From NCBI GenBank assembly GCA_008369845.1, contig MRSU01010563.1, forward strand, positions 1 through 34,926: a stretch of 34,926 bases of DNA. The letters are read 5' to 3'. Positions 1-10,549 of the stretch are shown piece by piece; within the stretch, counting starts at the first letter, position 1, and the number at the start of each line of letters is the position of its first letter. The position numbers were made by a program, and so were the translations under genes. Origin of the DNA: Trichomonas gallinae (lineage: Eukaryota). The notes beneath the pieces are model-generated. The model had not been told where the DNA came from, did no database searches, and saw only the letters and a list, made by a program, of their open reading frames with translations.

Positions 1-35
<35 letters not shown>
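1..35 (+). repeat. Poly(A) tract of at least 35 nt, truncated by the window edge
   Basis: Uninterrupted A run from position 1 to 35. Confidence 0.95.
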
Positions 36-36
<1 letters not shown>

Positions 37-197
37 AACTTATAACAAAAATAATTTTTCTAAAATGAATGATTTTTCTACATTGAAATCAGAATCAAAT
101 ATACTTGTGATATGGCTTATTAGATTTTTATCGTTGAATTTTACGACTCGAAAAAATTTTGTTGGAGTTTTTCTAACAAAAAGTGTCAGATAATATA

Positions 198-1007
198 ATG
201 GAAAAGAAAAAATTTACCAGCAAATTGGCAAGAATTATAACACCTGGCACAAATGTTGTTAAAGCCTACAAAACTTCCTCTCCACAAAGTACAGATGGTC
301 ATATTTATTTTTTATATTATGATTATTATATGCACGTAGTAAAATTCGAAAATGATTATGTAAATGTTCGAATTGGCAAAGAAAATTGCTGGATTAAAGC
401 GGATTCAATTGAAGAATTAACATTTGATGCAAGAATTATTCGTGAAACTGACATTTACTCTCAGCCGGATGAAAAATCAGAAATAGTTGCACATTTATCC
501 CCCGAAACAGACGTTAAAATTATCGATTATAATGTAAATAAATATTCGGAAATTTATTTTGATGGAAAAACCGGATTTGTTTTAGCAGACAATACAAATT
601 TCAACTTTAAGACATTTACAGGTGCGAATGATGGCGAAATTGCTGTCAAATTAGTTAGATCTAGAAAAGGTTGTGGATATGAATGGGCAATGTGCGGCCC
701 AAAGACATTTGACTGCTCAGGATTGATGCAGTGGACATATAACAGACTAGACATATTTATTCCAAGATGTAGTTTTCAACAAGCTGTATCTGGTATAATT
801 ATTAAGGATAAAAAAGATCTTTTACCAGGTGATCTCATCACATTCTATACTAATCCCCAGAAACCTGGCAAAGTTTCTCATGTTGTAATGTATGCTGGCG
901 ATGGAAAGTTTTTACATGAGTCTAGTAAATATAATGATGTAATGGAAGTTGAGTTAGATTCATATTCATATGAAATGGCAACAATGAACAGATATTGGGA
1001 TAATTAA
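198..1007 (+). CDS. NlpC/P60 peptidoglycan DL-endopeptidase with two N-terminal SH3b-like domains (bacterial-type)
   Basis: Motifs YEWAMCGPKTFDCSGL (Cys codon 714), LLPGDLITF, SHVVMYAGDGKFLHES (His 879, His 915). SH3b-like segments end in CWIKADSI and GFVLAD. First ATG is at 198; the track start at 183 is a GTG. Confidence 0.93.
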   Translation: MEKKKFTSKLARIITPGTNVVKAYKTSSPQSTDGHIYFLYYDYYMHVVKFENDYVNVRIGKENCWIKADSIEELTFDARIIRETDIYSQPDEKSEIVAHLSPETDVKIIDYNVNKYSEIYFDGKTGFVLADNTNFNFKTFTGANDGEIAVKLVRSRKGCGYEWAMCGPKTFDCSGLMQWTYNRLDIFIPRCSFQQAVSGIIIKDKKDLLPGDLITFYTNPQKPGKVSHVVMYAGDGKFLHESSKYNDVMEVELDSYSYEMATMNRYWDN

Positions 1008-1167
1008 TTAAAATCAGCGGCATGTTTCTGTTCAAAACGTCATGTTTTTTAATAAAATCTTTATGTTTATAGCAGAAAATCCATAGAGATTAGTTCGTTT
1101 TTAACCTTAAATCCTAAAAGTGACATTTTTATAAATGCAAATAAAATAATGTTTCGCGATTTAATGA

Positions 1168-1944
1168 ATAGCCAAATTTCAAAATGGGATCTTTAATTTT
1201 AGAGTTATCCATGATTACACATGTTCTATTGGTACAGAATTAAGTGAATCAAATGAAGTTGGAAATGCTTTAAATGTAAATGTTCCACAAAACACACATA
1301 TTGATATTCCATCATATGCCATATACAAAGATAGAAGTTATATTGTAACTGAAACCGCATTATTTGCTTTTCGAGGTTATTCAAATATTACTTCATTCCA
1401 TATCCCGAAAACAATCAAAATATTACGATGAGATGCATTCGCTTTCACATCTATTACAAAAATATTTATCCCAAAAACAGTTGAACAAATGTTGCGTGCC
1501 CCATTTTCTGGTTGCAAAAAATTAACTAAAGTAGAATTCGAGTTCGGTATCAGTATAACATACCTCGGCGGTGACATATTTTGGAACTGCATTAATTTAA
1601 ATTTTGTTATACTTCCAATATATATAAAGTTTACTAATAATACGTTTAAGGTTTCTAATTTATCAAAACTTTATGTATGCAATATAGATGCTGTTGAAAA
1701 TGATTTTAATCAATTTAAAAATGCATACAATATTCCTACTATATACGTGCGAAAATGTTACAAAGGCACAACATTCATGGGAAAAAGTTTCACAAGAATG
1801 ACAGAAGATTCAATTTGCTTTTACAATAAACCTCTCGAAAATACATCATACGATGATCAGTTCTTCAGCATTTTCCCATATTTAGCAATAATGCCAATCT
1901 CAACATGCATTGATCAGCAAATTTTTGTCCTTGCTTATTCTTAA
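1168..1944 (+). pseudogene. BspA-like (TpLRR) leucine-rich repeat gene with no initiator ATG and one internal TGA
   Basis: Frame 1 reads IAKFQNGIFNFRVIHDYTCSIG...YIVTETALFAFRGYSNITSFHIPKTIKILR*DAFAFTSITKIFIPKTVEQMLRAPFSGCKKL. The TGA at 1429-1431 is in frame with the track ORF 1489-1944. Confidence 0.8.
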
Positions 1945-2266
1945 TTTTGAAATTTTGAACTACCAAGATTTGTCACAGTTTGAAAATATCTATTACAAAT
2001 AATAATAAAAAAATTAGTAAAAAAGAGAAAGAATTTATTCAGATGTATTGCAAATGTTTACAGAAAAGTTATGCACCATCTATGCAAACAGAAAAAGATC
2101 AGATTGCACAACATAGAATGATTCAATATAGAACTCATCTTGCTGTACCATGATAGCTATATTACAATGAGCTCAAATAGTTCTAATATTTTTAAGTTCA
2201 TTCTTACAGAAGATAGAAAAATTCATTAAAAAGTTTGAATGAATAAATTTATTTGAATTTAATTCA

Positions 2267-2908
2267 TTATGCGTTGTAAGGATTTTTATCCATGTTGCTT
2301 GGTGGATTCGGCGCAACATAAGGAGTATCTTGTGATTGAACTAACTGTTGAGTGGGAGCTGGCTGTACATTATTGATATTAATAATGACGTTTTGTTCTT
2401 GTTTTGGTCCATCGACAAAAGACATATATTGCTCTTCTCTTTCTTCCTCAATTTCGGAATAATCAAAGCATGATCCCGCATTAAGGCAAAAGCACTGAAC
2501 AATGATATAAATCATTCCACCAATGCCAACGAAAAAGAGAACGAAAGGGTAAATAAATGGCCAGAAAAGCAGAATACAGCAGCAACTATTTTCAACATAT
2601 TCATCTTCAAGATGAGAATTTCCATGCTTATCGGTAACTATGTAAGTGTTCGTCTTTCTTTCACAACAACATGAGTCAATCCACTTGTCCCAAAGATACC
2701 TTCTCACCTTAGGCCAGCTGTAATGAAAAGCATGCGGATTGATTGCCCAACCAACTAAGGTGAGGACAAACAATATACCAATGAGGACGTATATGCATAT
2801 TTGTAGGATCAAGTCTTGCTTCTTCTTTTTGTCTTGGTTATCATCTGCATTGTGAGATGGTGTAATAGTTTCATTGCAGCATGTGAATGCAAGAAACAAT
2901 AAGAACAT
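2267..2908 (-). CDS. Hypothetical membrane protein (signal peptide, two TM segments, Cys clusters, Pro/Gln tail ending NPYNA)
   Basis: Hydrophobic N-terminus MFLLFLAFTCC, two long hydrophobic stretches, SCCC motifs, and a TCACT initiator just upstream of the ATG. Confidence 0.8.
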   Translation of the reverse strand: MFLLFLAFTCCNETITPSHNADDNQDKKKKQDLILQICIYVLIGILFVLTLVGWAINPHAFHYSWPKVRRYLWDKWIDSCCCERKTNTYIVTDKHGNSHLEDEYVENSCCCILLFWPFIYPFVLFFVGIGGMIYIIVQCFCLNAGSCFDYSEIEEEREEQYMSFVDGPKQEQNVIININNVQPAPTQQLVQSQDTPYVAPNPPSNMDKNPYNA

Positions 2909-3180
2909 TTGCTTTCAAGTGAAATATTACGGCAGATCAAATTGAGAAAGGATTGAATTATGAACTTCCTTTCAAATGATATTTAAATTGTAATTATACA
3001 TATCTCGATGTTTTCACAAACGATTACTAACAATAGAATGATATTGAAATAGCATAAGATTAAAGTTTAAATTGAATTTTTCATTTTAGAATATGAAATG
3101 TTACTCGAAGTAAAGTTGAGTTGAATTCAAATTATTGGGGGTTTTAGCAGTTTTTCAATTTAAAATATGATTGATTTTAA

Positions 3181-3560
3181 TTATTGTTGATGACATAATT
3201 CAATATTCATGAAAAATTTAATCATTGCATTCAGATAGCTTTTTGAATGATTGACAGAAATATTATTTACAGAAATATGTAATAATATTTTTATAATAAT
3301 AATAAATATATCAATATCATCATCCTTTTCAATGTCAAATGTTTTCAAAACTTTGAGAATGCTTTGGTTAATCCGAATTATCAACGTTTCACTTTTGTTC
3401 ATACCATCAATGAGTGTTGTGAGAATGATATTATAAAATCATTTCAATATATGTAACTTTTCATTAACATTTTCATGGTACAAACTCTCATTGCAATACA
3501 TTAAAAATGAAACACTCAAATGATGTTTTAAACAATTTTGTCACTAAAAATAGGCAATGT
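3181..3560 (-). pseudogene. Possible decayed helical-repeat (HEAT/ARM-like) gene fragment
   Basis: Short amphipathic ORF at 3181-3402 with coding-like but stop-interrupted sequence upstream. No diagnostic motif. Confidence 0.2.
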
Positions 3561-4667
3561 TATCAATCATTTATGCAGATATACAAAATGATTTTAATAA
3601 AAAAAAATCATGAAAAGGATTTAAGTTATACATCAACATATAGAATAAGATTCTGATAAAACTTTCTTGCTAAAAAAAAATTTAATTTTTCCCCAAAATT
3701 CTACAGATAAGACCTATTGCTTTTATAACACGCTGGATGAAGGAATGAAATAAAGTACCATAACATTTTATACATCTTTCAACAGAATATCAAACAATAT
3801 TTATGAAATGTACAAAATTCTATCTTATTACCAAAATAAACATGGAATGATGATGTATAATGTAAAAGTCACAATAATCTTTCATACGAACCAAAAAATC
3901 TAAAAAATGCCCAATTTTGAAACAAAATATATTTGTTCACTCTAGTAACAGGTAATGATTGTTTATATTCACTGGAAATTTAATGACAAGATTGAGTATC
4001 TAAGATGGAGAACCATTCACAAAATAGGTCAACGAATGAAAATTAATTTACAATAAATCATCATCATCAAAAAGTGACATCTTCTCATTTTTCATCATTT
4101 TTAAAACTCGGGATATCACATACCATAATTGCGACACCATTATTCCTTAAAACCCCACTTTCAAATCATCAGAAACAAAAAAATTAAATAATCAACCAAG
4201 CCTCAGTTCAAGACAAAACTCAGCTGTTCTGTAACGAAATGCGGAACGAAAAGCGACAGATTTACATGTCAGATTTGACACGTAAAGTGTCCAAAAGAAA
4301 CACTATAGACAGGGGGTGCATCCATTTTGTCACTTTTCAAATGATTTTGATGCTGGATTGTGAAATAAAATACTAAACTTTTGAGATAAAGAGTTTCCAG
4401 AAATATAAGAAGATAGTATCAGCATCAGACATTGCGCCTGAAGCAAGTTGAAACTCTTTCATTTTATGACGAAGACTGGTAAGAGCGAATTCCATTTGTC
4501 TTCAGCGTGATTTAATTTATGTAAAAACAAAATTATGTCAAAAATCATATTTTTACATTTTGCAAGATTTAGAACGATTTGCCCGGGTCCAACGAAGATT
4601 CCACACTTTTATTTTGGCCATATTTGAATTCAGTACTGTGTAAAATCTATGATTATCAGACTTTTCA

Positions 4668-4931
4668 TTCCAATATGTATAAAATTTATTTCAGAGACCT
4701 TTAAGGTTTCTAATTTATCAAAGCTTTATATATGCAATATAGATGCTGTTGAAAATGATTTTAATCAATTTAAAAATACATACAATATTCCTACTATTTA
4801 CGTGCGAAAATGTTACAAAGTCACAACATTCATGGGAAAAAGTTTCACAAGAATGACAGAAGATTCAATTTGCTTTTACAATAAACCTCTTGAAAATACA
4901 TCATACGATGATCAGTTCTTCAGCATTTTCC
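4668..4931 (+). repeat. Direct 264-bp duplicate of 1613-1876 (3' part of the BspA-like pseudogene)
   Basis: Collinear and near-identical from ttccaata to cagcattttcc. It accounts for track ORF 4649-4945 (FKVSNLSKLY...DDQFFSIF). Confidence 0.95.
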
Positions 4932-5661
4932 GAGTTCAATTATAAAATCATTGATTTTATCCTATACAACTAAATATTCAATACTTTGAGCTGTAAAAAT
5001 TGCATCATATTCTTTAAAGAATATAAACTTTTCGAGGATTGAATTCATAACGTCTTTAGTTAGATTTAATTCAATATGATGAACAATTTTTTGGGAAAAT
5101 ATCAAAAAATATATTCAAGACATATGAAATAGTAGTGAAGTTGTTTGCCGAATAATTGATTAATTCAAATATTTCAGATTTTAATAATTCATCGCATTGA
5201 TTATTAGCTAAGCAAAATATGATATGCGCAATAGCTTGAAGCTGTTTCTATAGAAAATAATTTTAAATCATATTTGGAAGTGTTATGATATTTATATGTC
5301 AGCTATAATTCGTTTATGAGTATCATAAGCAAATACAAGCACTATAAAAAAAGTTAAATATATTGATGAATTGAAGATATGAGAATTATTTGCCGTATCT
5401 TGATACTATGTATTATCAAATATCCATATTTATTGAATGAATTTTTATAAAATTTTTGACGATCAACGAACACAAAACATTTGCGATCCTAGATTTTATT
5501 TCAAAAATATCTTATGTCTTGTGAAAATAATGATATTGCTTTAGAAGAATCTTAGGAATTATTCATTAGTTATTTAATTCAAAAGGTAATGAAATTCAGG
5601 TCTATTGAAATTTGATTTGATTTTTTTTTGTTGTTGTTGATCGTCAAATCATTTTTCAAGA

Positions 5662-6153
5662 ATGACTCTCTTCCTAACTAATCACACAAAGTTGTACGTG
5701 CAAATAAGGAGCGTAGAACTAGGCACATACGCTGCAACAGATAAAGCAGAATTAGTTTTATGCGTTGGAACAAAACATCACATCCATGATTATCCTTACA
5801 AATTCAAATCAGGAAATAAACATGACGTAAATCACACATGGACATTCAATATAGTTCATCCTCAGACCGGTGAGTTCTATGTTGTACTTTACAAGCACCA
5901 TTTACTTGGTGATAAAGAAATTGGTCAACTTGGCTTCTGCGTTGGCGGATTTACAAAGAATACTGTCGTTTCTAAGAAATTTATGCTACAATCAGCCAAC
6001 ATAAATGCAATGCCAGCTACAGTTGAGATGGATATTCATATTTGCGCTGATGGATCGCATGCTTTTTACGCTCCACAGGGTGAAATATCAGATAGTGCAA
6101 TCATCCAGACTTCTCATCATTTTGGTGAGCCGGAAAGCAAAATTGCTCTATAA
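5662..6153 (+). CDS. Single C2-domain-like protein, paralog of 28880-29359
   Basis: Beta-strand pattern LYVQIRSVEL...HTWTF...VVLYKHHLLGDKEIGQL. TCATT initiator at 5649; the stop codon forms TAAA. Confidence 0.75.
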   Translation: MTLFLTNHTKLYVQIRSVELGTYAATDKAELVLCVGTKHHIHDYPYKFKSGNKHDVNHTWTFNIVHPQTGEFYVVLYKHHLLGDKEIGQLGFCVGGFTKNTVVSKKFMLQSANINAMPATVEMDIHICADGSHAFYAPQGEISDSAIIQTSHHFGEPESKIAL

Positions 6154-6401
6154 ATATTTGTATTTTATTTAAAATAATCGTTTTTATTATTGATTTATAT
6201 AATATACTTAATAAAAATTATAAATTTAGTAATATTTTTTGGATAAAACGAAACATCAGAAAAATTTGATAATTTGGATAAAAATAGTTGATGTTTAATG
6301 AATATAAATATTATTAGATACATTAACTAAATATTATAAGAAATAATAGTGTTTGCGTTAAAATTAAAGAGTTTTGATAAATTTATAAAATAAAAGTCTT
6401 T

Positions 6402-6451
6402 GTCACTTTTTAAAATTTTGTCACGTTTTTAAAACGATTATTGTCACTTTT
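6402..6451 (-). promoter_or_regulatory. Cluster of AAAAGTGAC (GTCACTTTT) promoter motifs upstream of the CFAP100-like gene
   Basis: Exact copies at 6402 and 6443, variant at 6420. AAAGTGAC is a described T. vaginalis upstream motif. Confidence 0.7.
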
Positions 6452-6469
6452 GAAAATTTATACGTTTAA

Positions 6470-7792
6470 ATGTCGTTCTCCAGTCTATCATTTGGTGAAC
6501 GAGCTGCAAACCCTTTTAAAATATCAGATCCGTGCAATGTATTCGGATCTAAAGAAGCTGATGAGCTTAAAGTTAAAGCAAAGCGAGAAATTTTACAAAA
6601 TTTGACATTAAAAGAACGAGCAGATTTATTAACATCACCAATACCAACATGCCATAATTCACAACAAAGAACACGCGTTCCTTCGCAGGTTGGTTCACCA
6701 AGTGGCACAAAACGAAAACATAAACAAGAATCGGCAAAGAGAATGTCGGAATTCATTCAACAAAAGCGTGAAGCATACTTAATGCAGCTTATTATTGATT
6801 CAAAAAACGAAGAAATTCGTAAAATTTACTCAACAATGTCAACAAGCGAGAAAGAATACGAAGAAACAGAAACAACACAAGCAGATCTTGCTACAAAATA
6901 CAAACTTATCTCATCGCAAAGTGAAAATTTAGTTGCTAGGCAAAGAAAAAATACCGAATATGCAAATTCTCATAGAGTTGAGCTTGCAAAGAAGCTCAAG
7001 CAGAAACAACACGAAATATCAACAATACAATCAGATATATCGAAAAATGAAGAACTTTTGGAGCAATATCAAACATATTACGAATTCTTAGATGATTTTA
7101 AACCAAAAGACAGACCAATAGAATATTACTATGATAACCCTTCAAAATTAATGGATGAAATGGATAAATACGAAAAACAAAACTTATTCTTAATCGAACA
7201 ATACCAATCTATAAGTAATCAGTTGGAAAAAGACAATGCAAACTATGCAGCTTCTATAAAAGAAATCCAAAATGCCGTGGATATTTTAGAATCTAAAATA
7301 GATAATAGAAATCCATTAATAGATTTCCAGAAATCAGAGCAAAACTTACAAATAGAACTTTCCCACATACAAACAGAGATAGATTACTTGTATGGAATTG
7401 TAAGAAACATGTATATCCGCTTATATAAAGGAGATCCAAAATTGAATGCGATGCACATGCTTCAGAAAATAGATGCGGACTTAGAAACAATGTATGCTGA
7501 CTCAGAGAATCTCAGCCGAAGGTTCTTCAACGAAAAACAAGCAATTTTAGAGAAAAAGAGAAGAGAACAGCAAAGATTAGAACAGCAGAAAGAGATTCAA
7601 CGCGCAGCACAAGAAAAGAAAGAAGCAGCTCTAGCACGTGCAAATCGTCCTGTGCAGAAGAGAATTGGTAAGCCGTTGATGTATAGAACAACTTTGAAGA
7701 AAGTGGTCAAGAATGATGACGAAAAACGACGTAGACAAGAGGCTGAACAGAGGAGGATTGATAAATTGTTATTTGGTGATGATTTTGATTGA
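6470..7792 (+). CDS. Coiled-coil flagellar protein, CFAP100/CCDC37-like (DUF4200)
   Basis: EFIQQKREAYLMQLIIDSKNEEI, EKQNLFLIEQYQ and C-terminal ALARANRPVQKRIGKPLMYR resemble CCDC37/38 family motifs. Long coiled coil. Confidence 0.75.
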   Translation: MSFSSLSFGERAANPFKISDPCNVFGSKEADELKVKAKREILQNLTLKERADLLTSPIPTCHNSQQRTRVPSQVGSPSGTKRKHKQESAKRMSEFIQQKREAYLMQLIIDSKNEEIRKIYSTMSTSEKEYEETETTQADLATKYKLISSQSENLVARQRKNTEYANSHRVELAKKLKQKQHEISTIQSDISKNEELLEQYQTYYEFLDDFKPKDRPIEYYYDNPSKLMDEMDKYEKQNLFLIEQYQSISNQLEKDNANYAASIKEIQNAVDILESKIDNRNPLIDFQKSEQNLQIELSHIQTEIDYLYGIVRNMYIRLYKGDPKLNAMHMLQKIDADLETMYADSENLSRRFFNEKQAILEKKRREQQRLEQQKEIQRAAQEKKEAALARANRPVQKRIGKPLMYRTTLKKVVKNDDEKRRRQEAEQRRIDKLLFGDDFD

Positions 7793-8079
7793 AATTATCA
7801 GATAATTATTTTTGTTTGTAATATTTTATAAAATTGTTATATTTAATACTTTTTTGAACAAAAAAGTTTATTTCTTTTCTTTATTTGTTTAATCTTTGTG
7901 TTGAAATGGAATATTTAAGTTATTTGACATATGTCAGATTTAATGTTTTACATCTGACACTTTACAACTATTGGAATTTTTTTAACTTTGATATGTTACT
8001 ACACCTCTTTTTTTCTATATTAAAGATCTTTTTAAACAGTGTTTATATATTGTACATCAGCTAACATAAGGATGTCGCA

Positions 8080-8132
8080 AGGTAACCCACCCACCTGTTT
8101 GGCGATACCCCAGGGGGAAAAGTGGGTTACCT
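8080..8132. other. GC-rich intergenic hairpin (11-bp perfect inverted repeat)
   Basis: AGGTAACCCAC (8080-8090) pairs with GTGGGTTACCT (8122-8132); inner CCTG/CAGG stem. Confidence 0.8.
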
Positions 8133-8225
8133 GTCAAAAATATGTTTTTAAACAATTTCCTTTGCTTTAACTTACACATTTTCTTTGAATCAATTTTTCT
8201 ATTTTTGATTTTTTTTTTTGCAATT

Positions 8226-8443
8226 GTCACTTTTGTTCATTTAAATCGTCACTTTTTATGAAAATTATTATTGCTCATGAAAAGTTTTCTTTTGATTTGT
8301 TTTGAGTCATCCAGATATCATAATCAATAATAATAGATCATGATATATATTATATCATAAATAAACAATGCCGAATATTATAATAGTTAATGAAAAAGTT
8401 GAAAAATAAAATGATGAATTTTTTATAGAAAACAAAAAGTGAC
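8226..8443. promoter_or_regulatory. AAAAGTGAC motifs upstream of the ankyrin gene
   Basis: Copies at 8226(-), 8248(-) and 8435(+). Confidence 0.65.
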
Positions 8444-8445
8444 AA

Positions 8446-9402
8446 ATGAAAATAAAAATTGTTGATTCTTATTCATCCAATAGAAAACTCAAATATATAA
8501 GCGATGTTGAACTCCCTGACTATTTACAGGAACTATCAGATATAGAAGACAAGCTATTTTCGTTAAATTCAGAAACTTTCGAATCTTTTTATCAGCAATT
8601 AAAAAAATACATACGAGATAATGCAGATTTAAGCGACTATTTTCAGAATTTAATACATAGTGCAATCAACTTAAGACCAAAATCTATATTAAATTATTGC
8701 AGACTCTATTTTTCCTTTTTTAGATATCTTCCATCAAATTGCTCTTTTCTTCTAACATCATATCAAGAAGTTATGCGTGGCTGCGGCTCAGCTTTGTTTC
8801 CAACACTTGAATCGATTGAACAAATTTTTGAAACCGACTCTCTTGGACTTTATTTAAAGGAAGACGATGTAGATGGACTCCAAAAATTAGCATCCAGTGA
8901 AGATTTTAATTTTAATGATGAAGTTTCAACTTTTCCAATACAAATTTTAAATTTTGACATGTCAGTCAGATTAATAGACATTGCAAGCGCTTTTGGATCA
9001 ATAAATTGCTTTAAATTCCTTCAAATGAATAAGGCTGTAATAACAGGGAATACTTTTGATGCAGCAATTATGGGAGGTAACTTAGAAATTATTAAAATAA
9101 TTGATGCATCATACGAGGAAGTTCACAGCATATCTATCGAAACAGCAATTCGATACCATAGATATGATGTTGCAGACTGGCTGCTAGATAGCATAGAAGT
9201 TCAAAGAGTCAAGCCATTCAATAGTTTATTTATCGGTCACACGAAAGCTTTTGTATTTGCTGCAGTCAATTTTAAGAAAACGAAAATTTACAAGAAATAT
9301 AAACTTATGAAAAAGCTACTTAATCCTTTGTTTATTAGATATGCAGCTGAGCAAAAATATATTATTGATGATCAAATCAATGATAAAATAATGAAAAAAT
9401 AA
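8446..9402 (+). CDS. DUF3447/ankyrin-repeat family protein, C-terminally truncated
   Basis: EDDVDGLQ, LIDIASAFGSINCFKFL, AAIMGGNLEIIKI and AIRYHRYDVADWL are typical of this family. AAAAGTGAC lies immediately before the ATG. Confidence 0.85.
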   Translation: MKIKIVDSYSSNRKLKYISDVELPDYLQELSDIEDKLFSLNSETFESFYQQLKKYIRDNADLSDYFQNLIHSAINLRPKSILNYCRLYFSFFRYLPSNCSFLLTSYQEVMRGCGSALFPTLESIEQIFETDSLGLYLKEDDVDGLQKLASSEDFNFNDEVSTFPIQILNFDMSVRLIDIASAFGSINCFKFLQMNKAVITGNTFDAAIMGGNLEIIKIIDASYEEVHSISIETAIRYHRYDVADWLLDSIEVQRVKPFNSLFIGHTKAFVFAAVNFKKTKIYKKYKLMKKLLNPLFIRYAAEQKYIIDDQINDKIMKK

Positions 9403-9786
9403 TTCTCATGAATGTCATTCTGCCAAAAGTCATTAATGTATTCCTTTGCTTCATCATCGGTTTTTGATGAAACCATTAAGTTTTAAAGAAGCTAGTTATT
9501 GAACAATATCAGGAATAAATAGATCAACTTGTAATTAATTGACATGATTCGTCTTTGTATCGAATCTGGTATTAACTAGTAAAGACCCTCGCAGTTCCTG
9601 GAATAGATGTCAACAATGAAAACTTCAGAAAAAGGCTATCATGAAATAGTCAAGCTTCTTCTTGGAATAGACATCAACGCGAAAGACAACGGCAAAAGGA
9701 TAGCCTTGACTTGGGCTACTAACAATGGACATATTGAAATTGTAAAATCGTTGAAAACTCATGGGGCATCAATATTGAAAAATTAA
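9403..9786 (+). pseudogene. Decayed ankyrin repeats, the former 3' part of the 8446 gene
   Basis: Broken frames give LVKTLAVPGIDVNNEN and, in the gene's own frame from 9628, EKGYHEIVKLLLGIDINAKDNGKRIALTWATNNGHIEIVKSLKTHGA. Confidence 0.8.
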
Positions 9787-10549
9787 ATTGAACATTCAAT
9801 ATTATGCTATTTTAACGAAACAGAATGAGTAATATTGCATTACAACTCAAAATTTTAAACAGAATTCAACATGCTGAAATGTTTTTAATATTGATAATTA
9901 TTAATTTTGTAAGCTGCCCCATATAATTGGACACTTTGGCCATACAAAGTCAGAAGTGTAATGTGTTTTGATATCATGATAAAGGTAATACAATTTTTTT
10001 CTAACAAGGTTTGAAACGCGTGCAACGTTTTTTTTTTTTTCGAGAGAATTTTTCGAGCAGAAATAGTGAGCGGACGAGCATCAGCCCGAGGTGTTCGATG
10101 GAACACCAAACAATAGGCATATGCAGTTAAAAAAAAAAGTAATGTTGCAGAAATTAGTTTGGAATAAACTATGTGTTTTATTTGATTTAAATAAAATAAT
10201 TAAATAATAATATAAGAATCGAATGACTTAAATTAAAATCGCGGATATTGCTAATTTCAAATTTGATTTAATGATCTTGAGTTATTAGGATGATTGGACT
10301 AGAATTATATTATAATTGATATGGGATAGCAAAAATTACTGTGTCACGATTGAAAATGAATATTTTTGAATCCATTAGAAGATAACTGTTTCTCCTTTAA
10401 GTTTATTAATTTGAACATCAGGTTGAATTGTTGTATTAATAAAATTTATAGATATTTAAGATATTTGAAATTCAATGATATATTTTTAATCAAAATAACA
10501 CTATAATATTTTTATTACAAAAACAAATGTTGATAATAACATTATCCCA

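Noticed and set aside
1429..1431. Reassigned genetic code (TGA=Trp or TAR=Gln) to explain in-frame stops
   Set aside because: Conserved genes use TGG for Trp, have no internal stops, and terminate at TAA or TGA at plausible C-termini. Only one mid-gene TGA is seen, best read as a nonsense mutation.
8099..8112. Minus-strand TGGGGTATCGCCAA resembles the 5' end of a bacterial tRNA-Gln
   Set aside because: No anticodon arm, T-loop (GTTCGA) or acceptor 3' strand follows.
8070..10110. HDV-like or hammerhead ribozyme in the two GC-rich islands
   Set aside because: The first lacks the P1.1 GG and the catalytic C in J4/2. The second has CTGATGC rather than CTGANGA and no matching stems.
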